Part shown: positions 14,270-26,190 of the stretch, in pieces
Layout: the number at the start of each line of letters is the position of its first letter
Position numbering within the stretch: the first letter of the stretch is position 1
Origin: Haplodiscus bocki
Taxonomy: Eukaryota
Length of the DNA: 64,000 nt
Direction: 5' to 3'
Assembly (NCBI GenBank): GCA_965655095.1
Contig: OZ296659.1
Location: 61,318,001 to 61,382,000, forward strand
Program-made: the position numbers and the translations under genes
The notes under the pieces: generated by a model
Seen by the model: the letters and a program-made list of their open reading frames with translations, nothing else
The model's database searches: none
Told to the model about the DNA's origin: nothing

Positions 14270-15950
14270 AAAGCGAACATGCAAAAAGCACCTGCGAAAA
14301 AACAAACGGGGATATCCCAGCAAAAGAGCGCATGTAAGAAGACCCGGTGAAAGAGGAGACGGGAAAAGCCTTTGGCAAAAGATTTCTCCGGAAAATGCCC
14401 TGCAAAACGGGCACGGCAGAAGCCCCGGCAATAGAGTCCAAGGAAAATGTGCCCGGGAAATATAGCCGGGACAGAACTCTTGTGAAAGAGAGCACGAAAA
14501 AAGCTTTTTTCAGAAGAGAAAGAGAACTTGCAAAAAGCTCCCGCGAAAAAACAAACGGGGATATCCCAGCAAGAAGAGCGCAGGGAGGAATCACCAGCCA
14601 AAGAGCACACGGAGGGAGGCTCCGCGATTAAGAGCACTGGAGAAAAACCTCTCACAGGAGATCACGGAAAAAAACCCCCAAAAGAGAGAAAGGGAACATG
14701 CAAAAAGCACCTGCGAAAAAATAATCGGGGATATCCCAGCAAAAGAGAGCATGTAAGAAGACCCCGTGAAAGAGGAGACCGGAAAAAACCCTCAGCAAAT
14801 GATTTCTCCGAAAAACGCCCTGCAATACGGTCACGGCAGAAGCTCCAGCAAAAGAGTCCAGGAAAAATGTGCCCGGAAAATACAGCCGAGACAAAAACTT
14901 TGTGAAAGAGAGCACGGGAAATTTTTTTTTCAGAAGAGAAAGAGAACATGCAAAAAGCACCCGCGCAAAAACAAACGGGGATATCCCAGCAAGAAGAGCG
15001 TTCGGAAGAAGCACCAGCCAAAGAGCACACGGAGGGAGGCTGCGCGATTAAGAGCACTGGAGAAAATCCACTCAAAGGAGATCACGGAAAAAACCCCACA
15101 AAAGACAGTAAGTGAACATGCAAAAAGCACCTGCGAAAAAACAAACGAGGGAAACCCCTGCAAAAAAACACATGTAAGAAGACCCCGTGAAAAAGGAGAC
15201 CGGAAAAAGCCCTCAGCAAAAGATTTCTCCGAAAAACGCCCTGCAATACGGGCACGGCAGAAGCCCCAGCAAAAGAGTCCACAGAAAATGTGCCGGGAAA
15301 TACAGCCGAGACAGAACTCTTGTGAAAGAGAGCACGAAAAAAGCTTTTTTTCAGAAGAGAAAGAGAACTTGCAAAAAGCTCCCGCGAAAAAACAAACGGG
15401 GATAACCCAGCAAGAAGAGCGCAGGGAGGAATCACCAGCCAAAGAGCACACGGAGGGAGGCTCCGCCATTAAGAGCACTGGGAAAAATCCACTCAAAGGG
15501 GATCACGGAAAAAACCACCCAAAAGAGAGAAAGCGAACATGCAAAAAGCACCTGCGAAAAAACAAACGGGGCAAACCCCCACAAAACAGCGCATGTAAAA
15601 AGACGCCGTGAAACAGCAGACCGGAAAAAGCCCTCAGCAAAATATTTCTCCAAAAAACGCCCTGCGAATTGGGCACGCCTGAAGCCCCTGCAAGAGAGTC
15701 CAAAGAAAATGTGCCCGGGAAAGACAGCCGGGGCAAAAATCTTGTGAAAGAGAGCACGGAAATATCCCTCTTCAAAACAGGAAGAGAACATGCAAAAAGC
15801 ACCCGCGAAAAAACAAATGGGGATAACCCAGCAAGAAGAGCGCATGGAAGAAGCACCAGCCAAAGAGCACACGGAGGGAGGCTCCGCCATAAAGAGCACT
15901 GTGAAAAATCCACTCAAAGGGGATCACGGAAAAAACCCCCCAAAAGAGAG
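14270..15950 (+). repeat. Tandem array of four ~419-bp units
   Basis: The head GAACATGCAAAAAGCACCTGCGAAAAA is at 14275, 14694, ~15114 and ~15535. ORFs MKEETGK/MKKETGK start at 14347, 14766 and 15187. Confidence 0.9.
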
Positions 15951-16939
15951 CACAGAAATTTCCTTCGGGAAAAAGAAGAAGAGAAAATGTATAAAGCGCC
16001 TGCAAAAAGCAAACGGCAGAAACCCCAGCAAACAAGCGCACGGAAAATTCCGCGGAAGAGGGCACGGGCGAAGCCCCTCAGCGAGAGAGCTCACAAAAAA
16101 AGCCCAGCGAACGAACTGACAGAAGACGCAAGTGGGAATTCCCACACGGCAAGAGGCCGTATGAAATAGCTTACAGAAAACTCCTTCGAGAAAGAGCTCA
16201 CGAAAAAAGCACGTGCGAAAGAGCGTATAGAAAAACGCCCTATCGAATGGCCTACGCAAAACGGCCCAGTGAAAGTTGAAAGGTGCCCGGAAAAAGCCCC
16301 TGCTAAAAAGTGCAAGGAAAACTCACCCACGAAAAGAAGCACGGAAGAGGACCCCGGGAGAGGAAGCATGGAAAACGTCCTCCGTCAAAACAGCGCGGAA
16401 AAAGCCCCCAAGAAATAGGTAACGGAATATATCCAGCAACAGACCGCACGGAAAACTCCCTTGCGAACCAGCGCACCACAGGAGATCCACCGAAGGAGTG
16501 CAACAAAAAACCAACATTAAAAAGTGCAAGGCAGAAGACACGCCAAAAACAGCAAGGAGAGAACCCTGCAAAACAGCACACGGAAAAAGCCTCTGCGAAA
16601 GGGCCCAAGGAAGAAGCCCCTGTGAAAGAGATCACGGAAAAACCCCCACAAAGGAGAGCACAGAAAAAGTGGTCGCGACAGAGAGCACATTGAAAACCCA
16701 TTGGAAAGTTTGCAAAGAAAAAGCCCCCGGAAAACAAATCACGGAAGACATATCTGCGAAAAGGAGCAAAGAAAAAACCCACCGCGGAAAAGACCAGGAA
16801 AAAAGTCCTCGCAAAAAACAGAAAAGGAGCTGGGAAAAACGCCTGCAATCGAGCGCAAGAGAATAGCCTCGGCAAGATAGCGCACAGAAGTAAACCGTTG
16901 CGAAAAAGAGCAAGGAAAAAGCCCCCTAAAAGAGAGAAA

Positions 16940-19610
16940 GCGAACATGCAAAAAGCACCTGCGAAAAAACAAACGGGGATATCCCAGCAAAAGAGCGCAT
17001 GTAAGAAGACCCGGTGAAAGAGGAGACGGGAAAAGCCTTTGGCAAAAGATTTCTCCGGAAAATGCCCTGCAAAACGGGCACGGCAGAAGCCCCGGCAATA
17101 GAGTCCAAGGAAAATGTGCCCGGGAAATATAGCCGGGACAGAACTCTTGTGAAAGAGAGCACGAAAAAAGCTTTTTTCAGAAGAGAAAGAGAACTTGCAA
17201 AAAGCTCCCGCGAAAAAACAAACGGGGATAACCCAGCAAGAAGAGCGCAGGGAGGAATCACCAGCCAAAGAGCACACGGAGGGAGGCTCCGCCATTAAGA
17301 GCACTGGGAAAAATCCACTCAAAGGGGATCACGGAAAAAACCACCCAAAAGAGAGAAAGCGAACATGCAAAAAGCACCTGCGAAAAAACAAACGGGGATA
17401 TCCCAGCAAAAGAGCGCATGTAAGAAGACCGCGTGAAAGAGGAGACCGGGAAAAGCCCTCAGCAAAAGATTTCTCCGAAAAACACCCTGCGATTTGAGCA
17501 CGGCAGAAGCCGCGCAAAAGATTCCAAGGAAAATGTACCCGGAAAATGCAGCCGGGACAAAATTCTTCTGAAAGAGAGCACGGAAAAAGCCATCTTCAAA
17601 AGAGAAAGAGATTATGCAAAAAGCAGTCGCGAAAAAACAAACGGGAATATCCCACCAAGAAGAGCGCATGGAAGAAGCACCAGCCAGAGAGGACACCGAG
17701 GGAGGCTCCGCGGTTAAGAGCACTGAAAAAACTCCACTCAAAGAGATCACGGGAAAAACCCCCCAAAAGAGAGAAAGCGAACATGCAAAAAGCACCAGCG
17801 AAAAAACAAACGGGGATATCCCAGCAAAAGAGCGCATGTAAGAAGACCGCGTGAAAGAGGAGACCGGGAAAAACCCTCAGCAAAAGATTTCTCCGAAAAA
17901 CACCCTGCGATTTGAGCACGGCAGAAGCCGCGCAAAAGAGTCCAAGGAAATTGTACCCGGAAAATGCAGCCGGGACAAAAATCTTGTGAAAGAGAGCGCG
18001 GAAAAAAGCCCTCTTCAAAAGAGAAAAAGATTATGCAAAAAGCAGTCGCGAAAAACAAACGGGGATACCCCAGCAAGAAGAGCGCATGGAAGAAGCACCA
18101 GCCAGAGAGGACACCGAGGGAGGCTCCGCGATTAAGAGCACTGGAAAAATCTACTCAAAAGAGATCACGGAAAAAACCCCCCAAAAGACAGAAAGGGAAC
18201 ATGCAAAAAGCACCTGCGAAAAAAACAAACGAGGGAAACCCCAGCAAAAGAGCACATGTAAGAAGACCCCGTGAAAGAGGAGACCGGAAAAAGTCCTTAG
18301 CAAAAGAGTTCTCCGAAAAACGCCCTTCAATACGGGCACGGCAGAAGCCGCGCAAAAGAGTCCAAGGAAAATGTACCCGGAAATTGCAGCCGGGACAAAA
18401 TTCTTCTGAAAGAGAGCACGGAAAAAGCCATCTTCAAAAGAGAAAGAGATTATGCAAAAAGCAGTCGCGAAAAAACAAACGGGAATATCCCACCAAGAAG
18501 AGCGCATGGAAGAAGCACCAGCCAGAGAGGACACCGAGGGAGGCTCCGCGGTTAAGAGCACTGAAAAAACTCCACTCAAAGAGATCACGGGAAAAACCCA
18601 CCAAAAGAGAGAAAGCGAACATGCAAAAAGCACCTGCGAAAAAACAAACGGGGATATCCCAGCAAAAGAGCGCATGTAAGAAGACCGCGTGAAAGAGGAG
18701 ACCGGGAAAAACCCTCAGCAAAAGATTTCTCCGAAAAACACCCTGCGATTTGAGCACGGCAGAAGCCGCGCAAAAGAGTCCAAGGAAAATGTACCCGGAA
18801 AATGCAGCCGGGACAAAAATCTTGTGAAAGAGAGCGCGGAAAAAAGCCCTCTTCAAAAGAGAAAAAGATTATGCAAAAAGCAGTCGGGAAAAAACAAACG
18901 GGGATACCCCAGCAAGAAGAGCGCATGGAAGAAGCACCAGCCAGAGAGGACACCGAGGGAGGCTCCGCGATTAAGAGCACTGGAAAAATCTACTCAAAAG
19001 AGATCACGGAAAAAACCCCCCAAAAGACAGAAAGGGAACTTGCAAAAAGCACCTGCGAAAAAACAAACGAGGGAAACCCCAGCAAAAGAGCACATGTAAG
19101 AAGACCCCGTGAAAGAGGAGACCGGAAAAAGTCCTTAGCAAAAGAGTTCTCCGAAAAACGCCCTTCAATACGGGCACGGCAGAAGCCGCGCAAAAGAGTC
19201 CAAGGAAAATGTACCCGGAAATTGCAGCCGGGACAAAAATCTTGTGAAAGAGAGCACGGAAAAAGCCCTCTTCAAAAGAGAAAAAGATTATGCAAAAAGC
19301 ACCCGCACAAGAACAAACGGGGATATCCCAGCAAGAAGAGCGCATGGAAGAAGCACCAGCCAGAGAGGACACCGAGGGAGGCTCCGCGGTTAAGAGCACT
19401 GGAAAAACTCCACTCAAAGAGATCACGGTAAAAACCCCCCAGAGAGAAAGCGAACATGCAAAAAGCACCTGCGAAAAAACAAACGGGGATATCCCAGCAA
19501 GAAGAGCGCACGGAAGAAGCACCAGCCGAAGAGAACACGGGGGAGGCTCCGCGAATAAGAGCACTGGAAAAACTACACTCAAAGAGATCACGGAAAAAAC
19601 CGCCCAAAAG
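16940..19610 (+). repeat. Tandem array of six ~419-bp units plus one extra ~166-bp module
   Basis: MKEETGK ORFs start at 17014, 17433, 17851 and 18689. Consecutive short modules start at ORFs 19290 and 19456 (166 apart). Confidence 0.88.
17500..19235 (+). repeat. Near-identical 838-bp (2 x 419) tandem duplication
   Basis: ORF pairs offset by exactly 838 have nearly identical translations: 17596/18434, 17614/18452, 17851/18689 and 17747/18585. Confidence 0.9.
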
Positions 19611-20599
19611 AGCACAGAAATTTCCTTTGGGAAATAGAAGAAGAGAAAATGTATAAAGCGCCTGCAAAAAGCAAACGGCAGAAACCCCAGCAAACAAGCG
19701 CACGGAAAATTCCACGGAAGAGGGAACGGGCGAAGCCCATCAGCAAAAGAGCTCACAAAAAAAGCCCCAGCGAACGAACTGACAGAAGACGCCAGTGGGA
19801 ATTCCCACACGGCAAGAGGCCGTATGAAATAGCTTACAGAAATTTGCTTCGAGAAAGAGCTCACGAAAAAAGCACGTGCGAAAGAGCGTATAGAAAAACG
19901 CCCTATCGAATGGCTTACGCAAAACGGCCCAGTGAAAGTTGAAAGGTGCCCGGAAAAAGCTCCTGCTAAAAAGTGCAAGGAAAACACACCCACGAAAAGA
20001 AGCACGGAAGAGGACCCCGGGAGAGGAAGCATGGAAAACGTCCTCCGTCAAAAGAGCACGAAAAAGCCCCCAAGAAATAGGTAACGGAATATATCCAGCA
20101 ACAGACCGCACGGAAAACTCCCTTGCGAACCAACGCACCACAGGAGATCCACCGAAGTAGTGCAACAAAAAACCAACATTAAAAAGTGCAAGGCGGAGGA
20201 CACGCCGAAAACAGCACGGAGAGAACTTACAAAACAAAACACGGAAAGAGCCTCTGCAAAAGGGCCCAAGGAAGAAGCCCCTGTGAAAGAGATCACGGAA
20301 AAACCCCACAAAGGAGAGCACAGAAAACCCGCTGGCGATAGAGAGCACATTGACAGCCCATTGGGGAGTTTGCAAAGAAAAATCCTCAGAAAACAAATCA
20401 CGGAAGACAATTCTGCGAAAAAGAGCAAAGAACAAAACCCACCGCGGAAAAAACCGGAAAAAATGTCCTCACAAAAGACAGAAAAGGAGCACGGAAAAAA
20501 CCCTGCAATCGAGCGCAAGAGAATAGCTTCTGCGAGATAGTGCACAGAAGGAAACCGTTCCGAAAGAGAACTGAAAAAGACCCCTAAGAGAGAGAAAGG

Positions 20600-21010
20600 G
20601 AACATGCAAAAAGCACCTGCGAAAAAAAACCGGGGAGACCCCAAAAAAGAGCGCATGGAAAAAGACCCCGTGGAAGAGAAGACCCGAAAAAGCCCTCAGG
20701 AAGTTTCTCTCCAAAAAACGCCCTGCAACTTGGGCGCGGCAGGAGCCCCTGCAAAAAAGTCCAAGGAAAATGTACCCGGGAACAACAGCCGGGGCAAAAA
20801 TCTTGTGAAAGAGAGCACGGAAAAATCCCCCTTCAAAAGAGAAAGAGAACATGCAAAAAGCACCCGCGAAAAACCAAACGGGGATATCCCAGCAAGAAGA
20901 GCGCACGCATGAAGCACCATCCAAAGAGCACATGGGGGGAGGCTCCGCCATTAAGAGCACTGTGAAAAATCCACTCAAAGGGGATCACGGAAAAAACCCC
21001 CCAAAGGAGA
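20600..21010 (+). repeat. Single diverged ~415-bp unit between two 1-kb blocks
   Basis: Heads lie at ~20600 and ~20847. The flanking block markers are 1400 apart (20160/21560). Confidence 0.8.
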
Positions 21011-21999
21011 GCACAGAAATTTCCTTCGGGAAATAGAAGAAGAGAAAATGAATAAAGCGCCTGCAAAAAGCAAACGGCAGAAACCCCAGCAAACAAGCGC
21101 ACGGAAAATTCCGCGGAAGAGGGCACGGGCGATGCCCCTCAGCAAAAGAGCTCACAAAAAAAGCCCCAGCGAACGAACTGACAGAAGACGCCAGTGGGAA
21201 TTCCCACACGGCAAGAGGCCGTATGAAATAGCTTACAGAAATTTGCTTCGAGAAAGAGCTCAGGGAAAAAGCACGTGCGAAAGAGCGTATAGAAAAACGC
21301 CCTATCGAATGGCCTACGCAAAACGGCCCAGTGAAAGTTGAAAGGTGCCCGGAAAAAGCCCCTGCTAAAAAGTGCAAGGAAAACTCACCCGCGAAAAGAA
21401 GCACGGAAGAGGACCCCAGGAGAGGAAGCATGGAAAACGTCCTCCGTCAAAACAGCACGGAAAAAGCCCCCAAGAAATAGGTAACGGAATATATCCAGCA
21501 ACAGACCGCACGGAAAACTCCCTTCCGAACCAACGCACCACAGGAGATCCACCGAAGTAGTGCAACAAAAAACCAACATTAAAAAGTGCAAGGCAGAGGA
21601 CACGCCGAAAACAGCACGGAGAGAACTTACAAAACAAAACACGGAAAGAGCCTCTGCAAAAGGGCCCAAGGAAGAAGCCCCTGTGAAAGAGATCACGGAA
21701 AAACCCCACAAAGGAGAGCACAGAAAAAGTGGTCGCGACAGAGAGCACATTGAAAACCCATTGGAAAGTTTGCAAAGAAAAAGCCCCCGGAAAACAAATC
21801 ACGGAAGCCATATCTGCGAAAAGGAGCAAAGAAAAAACCCACCGCGGAAAAGACCAGGAAAAAAGTCCTCGCAAAAAACAGAAAAGGAGCTGGAAAAACG
21901 CCTGCAATCGAGCGCAAAAGAATAGCCTCGGCAAGATAGCGCACAGAAGTAAACCGTTGCGAAAGAGAGCAAAGAAAAAGCCCCCTAAAAGAGAGAAAG

Positions 22000-24090
22000 C
22001 GAACATGCAAAAAGTACCTGCGAGAAAACAAATGGGGATATCCCAGCAAAAGAGCGCATGTAAGAAGACCCCGTGAAAGAGGAGACCGGAAAAAGCCCTT
22101 AGCAAAAGAGTTCTCCGAAAAACGCCCTGAAATACGGGCACGGCAGAAGCCCCGGCAAAAGAGTGCAATGAAAATGTGCCCCGGAAGTACAGCCGGGACA
22201 AAAGGCTTGTGAAGGAGAGCAAGGAAAAAGCCCTTTCCAAAAGAGAAAGAGAAAATTGCAAAAAGCACCCGCACAAGAACAAACGGGGATATCCCAGCAA
22301 GAAGAGCGCATGGAAGAAGCACCAGCCAGAGAGGACACCGAGGGAGGCTCCGCGGTTAAGAGCACTGGAAAAACTCCACTCAAAGAGATCACGGGAAAAA
22401 CCCGCCGAAAGAGAGAAACCGAACATGCAAAAAGCACCTGCGAAAAAACAAACGGGGATATCCCAGCAAAAGAGCGCATGTAAGAAGACCGCGTGAAAGA
22501 GGAGAGCGGGAAAAGCCCTCAGCAAAAGATTTCTCCGAAACACACCCTGCGATTTGGGCACGGCAGAAGCCGCGCAAAGGAGTCCAAGGAAAATGTACCC
22601 GGGAACAACAGCCGTGGCAAAAATCTTGTGAAAGAGAGCACGGAAAAATCCCCCTTCAAAAGAGAAAGGGAACATGCAAAAAGCACCCAAGAAAAAACAA
22701 ACGGGGATATCCCAGCAAGAAGAGCGCACGCAAGAAGCACCATCCAAAGATCACATGGGGGGAGGCTCCGCGATTAAGAGCACTGGAAAAACTACACTCA
22801 GAGAGATCACGGAAAAACCCCCCAAAAGAGAGTAAGCGAACATCCAAAAAGCACCTGCGAAAAAACAAACGGGGCGAACCCCCGCAAAACAGCGCATGTA
22901 AGAAGACCCCGTGAACCAGCAGACCGGAAAAAGCCCTCAGCAAAAGATTTCTCCAAAAAACGCCCTGCGAATTGGGCACGGCAGAAGCCCCTGCAAGAGA
23001 GTCCAAGGAAAATGTGCCCGGGAAATACAGCGGGGACAAAAATCTTTTGAAAGAGAGAACGGAGAAAGCCCTCTTCAAAACAGGAAGAGAACATGCAAAA
23101 AGCACCCGCGAAAAAACAAACGGGGATAACTCAGCAAGAAGAGCGCATGGAAGAAGCACCAGCCAAAAAGCACACGGAGGGAGGCTCCGCGATTAAGAGC
23201 ACTGGAAAAATCTACTCAAAGGAGATCACGGAAAAAACCCCCCAAAAGACAGAAAGCGAACATGCAAAAAGCACCTGCGAAAAAACAAACGGGGATATCC
23301 CAGCAAAAGAGCGCATGTAAGAAGACCGCGTGAAAGAGGAGAGCGGGAAAAGCCCTCAGCAAAAAGTTTCTCCGAAAAACACCCTGCGATTTGGGCACGG
23401 CAGAAACCGCGCAAAAGAGTCCAAGGAAAGTGCACCCGGGAACAACAGCCGGGGCATAAATCTTGTGAAAGAGAGCACGGAAAAATCCCCCTTCAAAAGA
23501 GAAAGAGAACATGCAAAAAGCACCCGCGAAAAAACAAACGGGGATATCCCAACAATGAGAGCGCACGCAAGAAGCACCATCCAAAGAGCACATGGGGGGA
23601 GGCTCCGCGATTAAGAGCACTGGAAAAACTACACTCAAAGAGATCACGGAAAAAACCCCCCAAAAGAGAGAAAGCGAACATGTAAAAAGCACCTGCGAAA
23701 AAACAAACGGGGCAAACCCCCGCAAAAGAGCGCATGTAAGAAGACCCCGTGAAACAGCAGACCGGAAAAAGCCCTCAGCAAAATATTTCTCCAAAAAACG
23801 CCCTGAGAATTGGGCACGGTTGAAGCCCCTGCAAGAGAGTCCAAAGAAAATGTGCCCGGGAAAGACAGCCGGGGCAAAAATCTTGTGAAAGAGAGCACGG
23901 AAATATCCCTCTTCAAAACAGGAAGAGAACATGCAAAAATCACCCGCGAAAAAACAAATGGGGATAACCCAGCAAGAAGAGCGCATGGAAGAAGCACCAG
24001 CCAAAGAGCACACGGAGGGAGGCTCCGCCATAAAGAGCACTGTGAAAAATCCACTCAAAGGGGATCACGGAAAAAACCCCCCAAAGGAGA
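22000..24090 (+). repeat. Tandem array of five ~419-bp units
   Basis: Homologous ORFs start at 22493, 22911 and 23330. Heads lie at ~22001, 22422, 22838, 23258 and 23676. Confidence 0.88.
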
Positions 24091-25079
24091 GCACAGAAAT
24101 TTCCTTCGGGAAATAGAAGAAGAGAAAATGAATAAAGCGCCTGCAAAAAGCAAACGGCAGAAACCCCAGCAAACAAGCGCACGGAAAATTCCGCGGAAGA
24201 GGGCACGGGCGAAGCCTCTCAGCAAAAGAGCTCACAAAAAATGCCCAGCGAACGGACTGACAGAAGACGCAAGTGGGAATTCCCACACGGCAAGAGGCCG
24301 TATGAAAAAGCTTACGGAAAACTCCTTCGAGAAAGAGCTCACGAAAAAAGCACGTGCGAAAGAGCGTATAGAAAAACGCCCTATCGAATGGCCTACGCAA
24401 AACGGCCCAGTGAAAGTTGAAAGGTGCCCGGAAAAAGCCCCTGCTAAAAAGTGCAAGGAAAACTCACCCGCGAAAAGAAGCACGGAAGAGGACCCCGGGA
24501 GAGGAAGCATGGAAAACGTCCTCCGTCAAAACAGCACGGAAAAAGCCCCCAAGAAATAGGTAACGGAATTTATCCAGCAACAGACCGCACGGAAAACTCC
24601 CTTGCGAACCAGCGCACCACAGGAGATCCACCGAAGGAGTGCAACAAAAAACCAACATTAAAAAGTGCAAGGCAGAAGACACGCCAAAAACAGCACGGAG
24701 AGAACCCTGCAAAACAGCACACGGAAAAAGCCTCTGCGAAAGGGCCCAAGGAAGAAGCCCCTGTGAAAGAGATCACGGAAAAACCCCCACAAAGGAGAGC
24801 ACAGAAAAAGTGGTCGCGACAGAGAGCACATTGAAAACCCATTGGAGAGTTTGCAAAGAAAAAGCCCCCGGAAAACAAATCACGGAAGACATATTTGCGA
24901 AAAGGAGCAAAGAAAGAACCCACCGCGGAAAAGACCAGGAAAAAAGTCCTCGCAAAAAACAGAAAAGGAGCTGAAAAAAACGCCTGCAATCGAGCGCAAG
25001 AGAATAGCCTCGGCAAGATAGCGCACAGAAGTAAACCGTTGCGAAAGAGAGCAAGGAAAAGCCCCCTAAAAGAGAGAAA

Positions 25080-26190
25080 GCGAACATGCAAAAAGCACCT
25101 GCGAGAAAACAAACGGGGATATCCCAGCAAAAGAGCACATGTAAGAAGACCCCGTGAAAGAGGAGACCGGAAAAAGCCTTTGGCAAAAGATTTCTCCGGA
25201 AAATGCCCTGCAAAACGGGCACGGCAGAAGCCCCGGCAAAAGAGTCCAAGGAAAATGTGCCCGGGAAATATAGCCGGGACAAAATCTTGTGAAAGAGATT
25301 ACGGAAAAAGCCCTCTTCAAAACAGAAAGAGAACATGCAAAAAGCACCCGCGCAAAAACAAACGGGGATACCCCAGCAAAAGAGCACATGTAAGAAGACC
25401 CCGTGAAAGAGGAGACTGGAAAAAGCCCTCTTCAAAAGAGAAAGAGATTATGCAAAAAGCAGTCGCGAAAAAACAAACGGGGATATCCAAGCAAGAAGAA
25501 CGCATGGAAGAAGCACCAGCCAGAGAGGACACCGAGGGAGGCTCCGCGGTTAAGAGCACTGGAAAAAATCCACTCAAAGAGATCACGGGAAAAAGCCCCA
25601 AAAGAGAGAAAGCGAACATGCAAAAAGCACCTGCGAAAAAACAAACGGGGATATCCCAGCAAAAGAGCGCATGTAAGAAGACCGCGTGAAAGAGGAGAGC
25701 GGGAAAAACCCTCAGCAAAAGATTTCTCCGAAAAACACCCTGCGATTTGTGTACGGCAGAAGCCGCGCAAAAGAGTCCAAGGAAAATGTACCCGGGAACA
25801 ACAGCCGGGGCAAAAACCTTGTGAAAGAGAGCACGGAAAAATCCCCCTTCAAAAGAGAAGGAGAACATGCAAAAAGCAGTCGCGAAAAAACAAACGGGGA
25901 TATCCCAGCAAGAAGAGCGCATAGAAGAAGCACCAGCCAGAGAGGACACCGAGGGAGCCTCCGTGGTTAAGAGCACTGGAAAAACTCCACTCAAAGAGAT
26001 CACGGTAAAAACCCCCCAGAGAGAAAGCGAACATGCAAAAAGCACCTGCGAAAAAACAAACGGGGATATCCCAGCAAGAAGAGCGCACGCAATAAGCACC
26101 AGCCAAAGAGCACACGGGGGGAGGCTCCGCGATTAAGAGCACTGCAAAAACTACACTCAAAGACATCACGGAAAAAACCCCCCAAAAGAG
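25080..26190 (+). repeat. Rearranged array of 419-bp-unit modules (long, truncated long, short, long, short, short)
   Basis: Heads lie at ~25082, 25331, 25446, 25614, 25863 and 26029 with irregular spacing. Confidence 0.75.

Noticed and set aside
14528-26136. MQKAPAKK... ORFs resembling histone H1 or protamine-like basic proteins
   Set aside because: The similarity is compositional and comes from AAAGCACCTGCGAAAAAA in the repeat head. There is no globular H1 domain, and copies end at inconsistent stops and frames.
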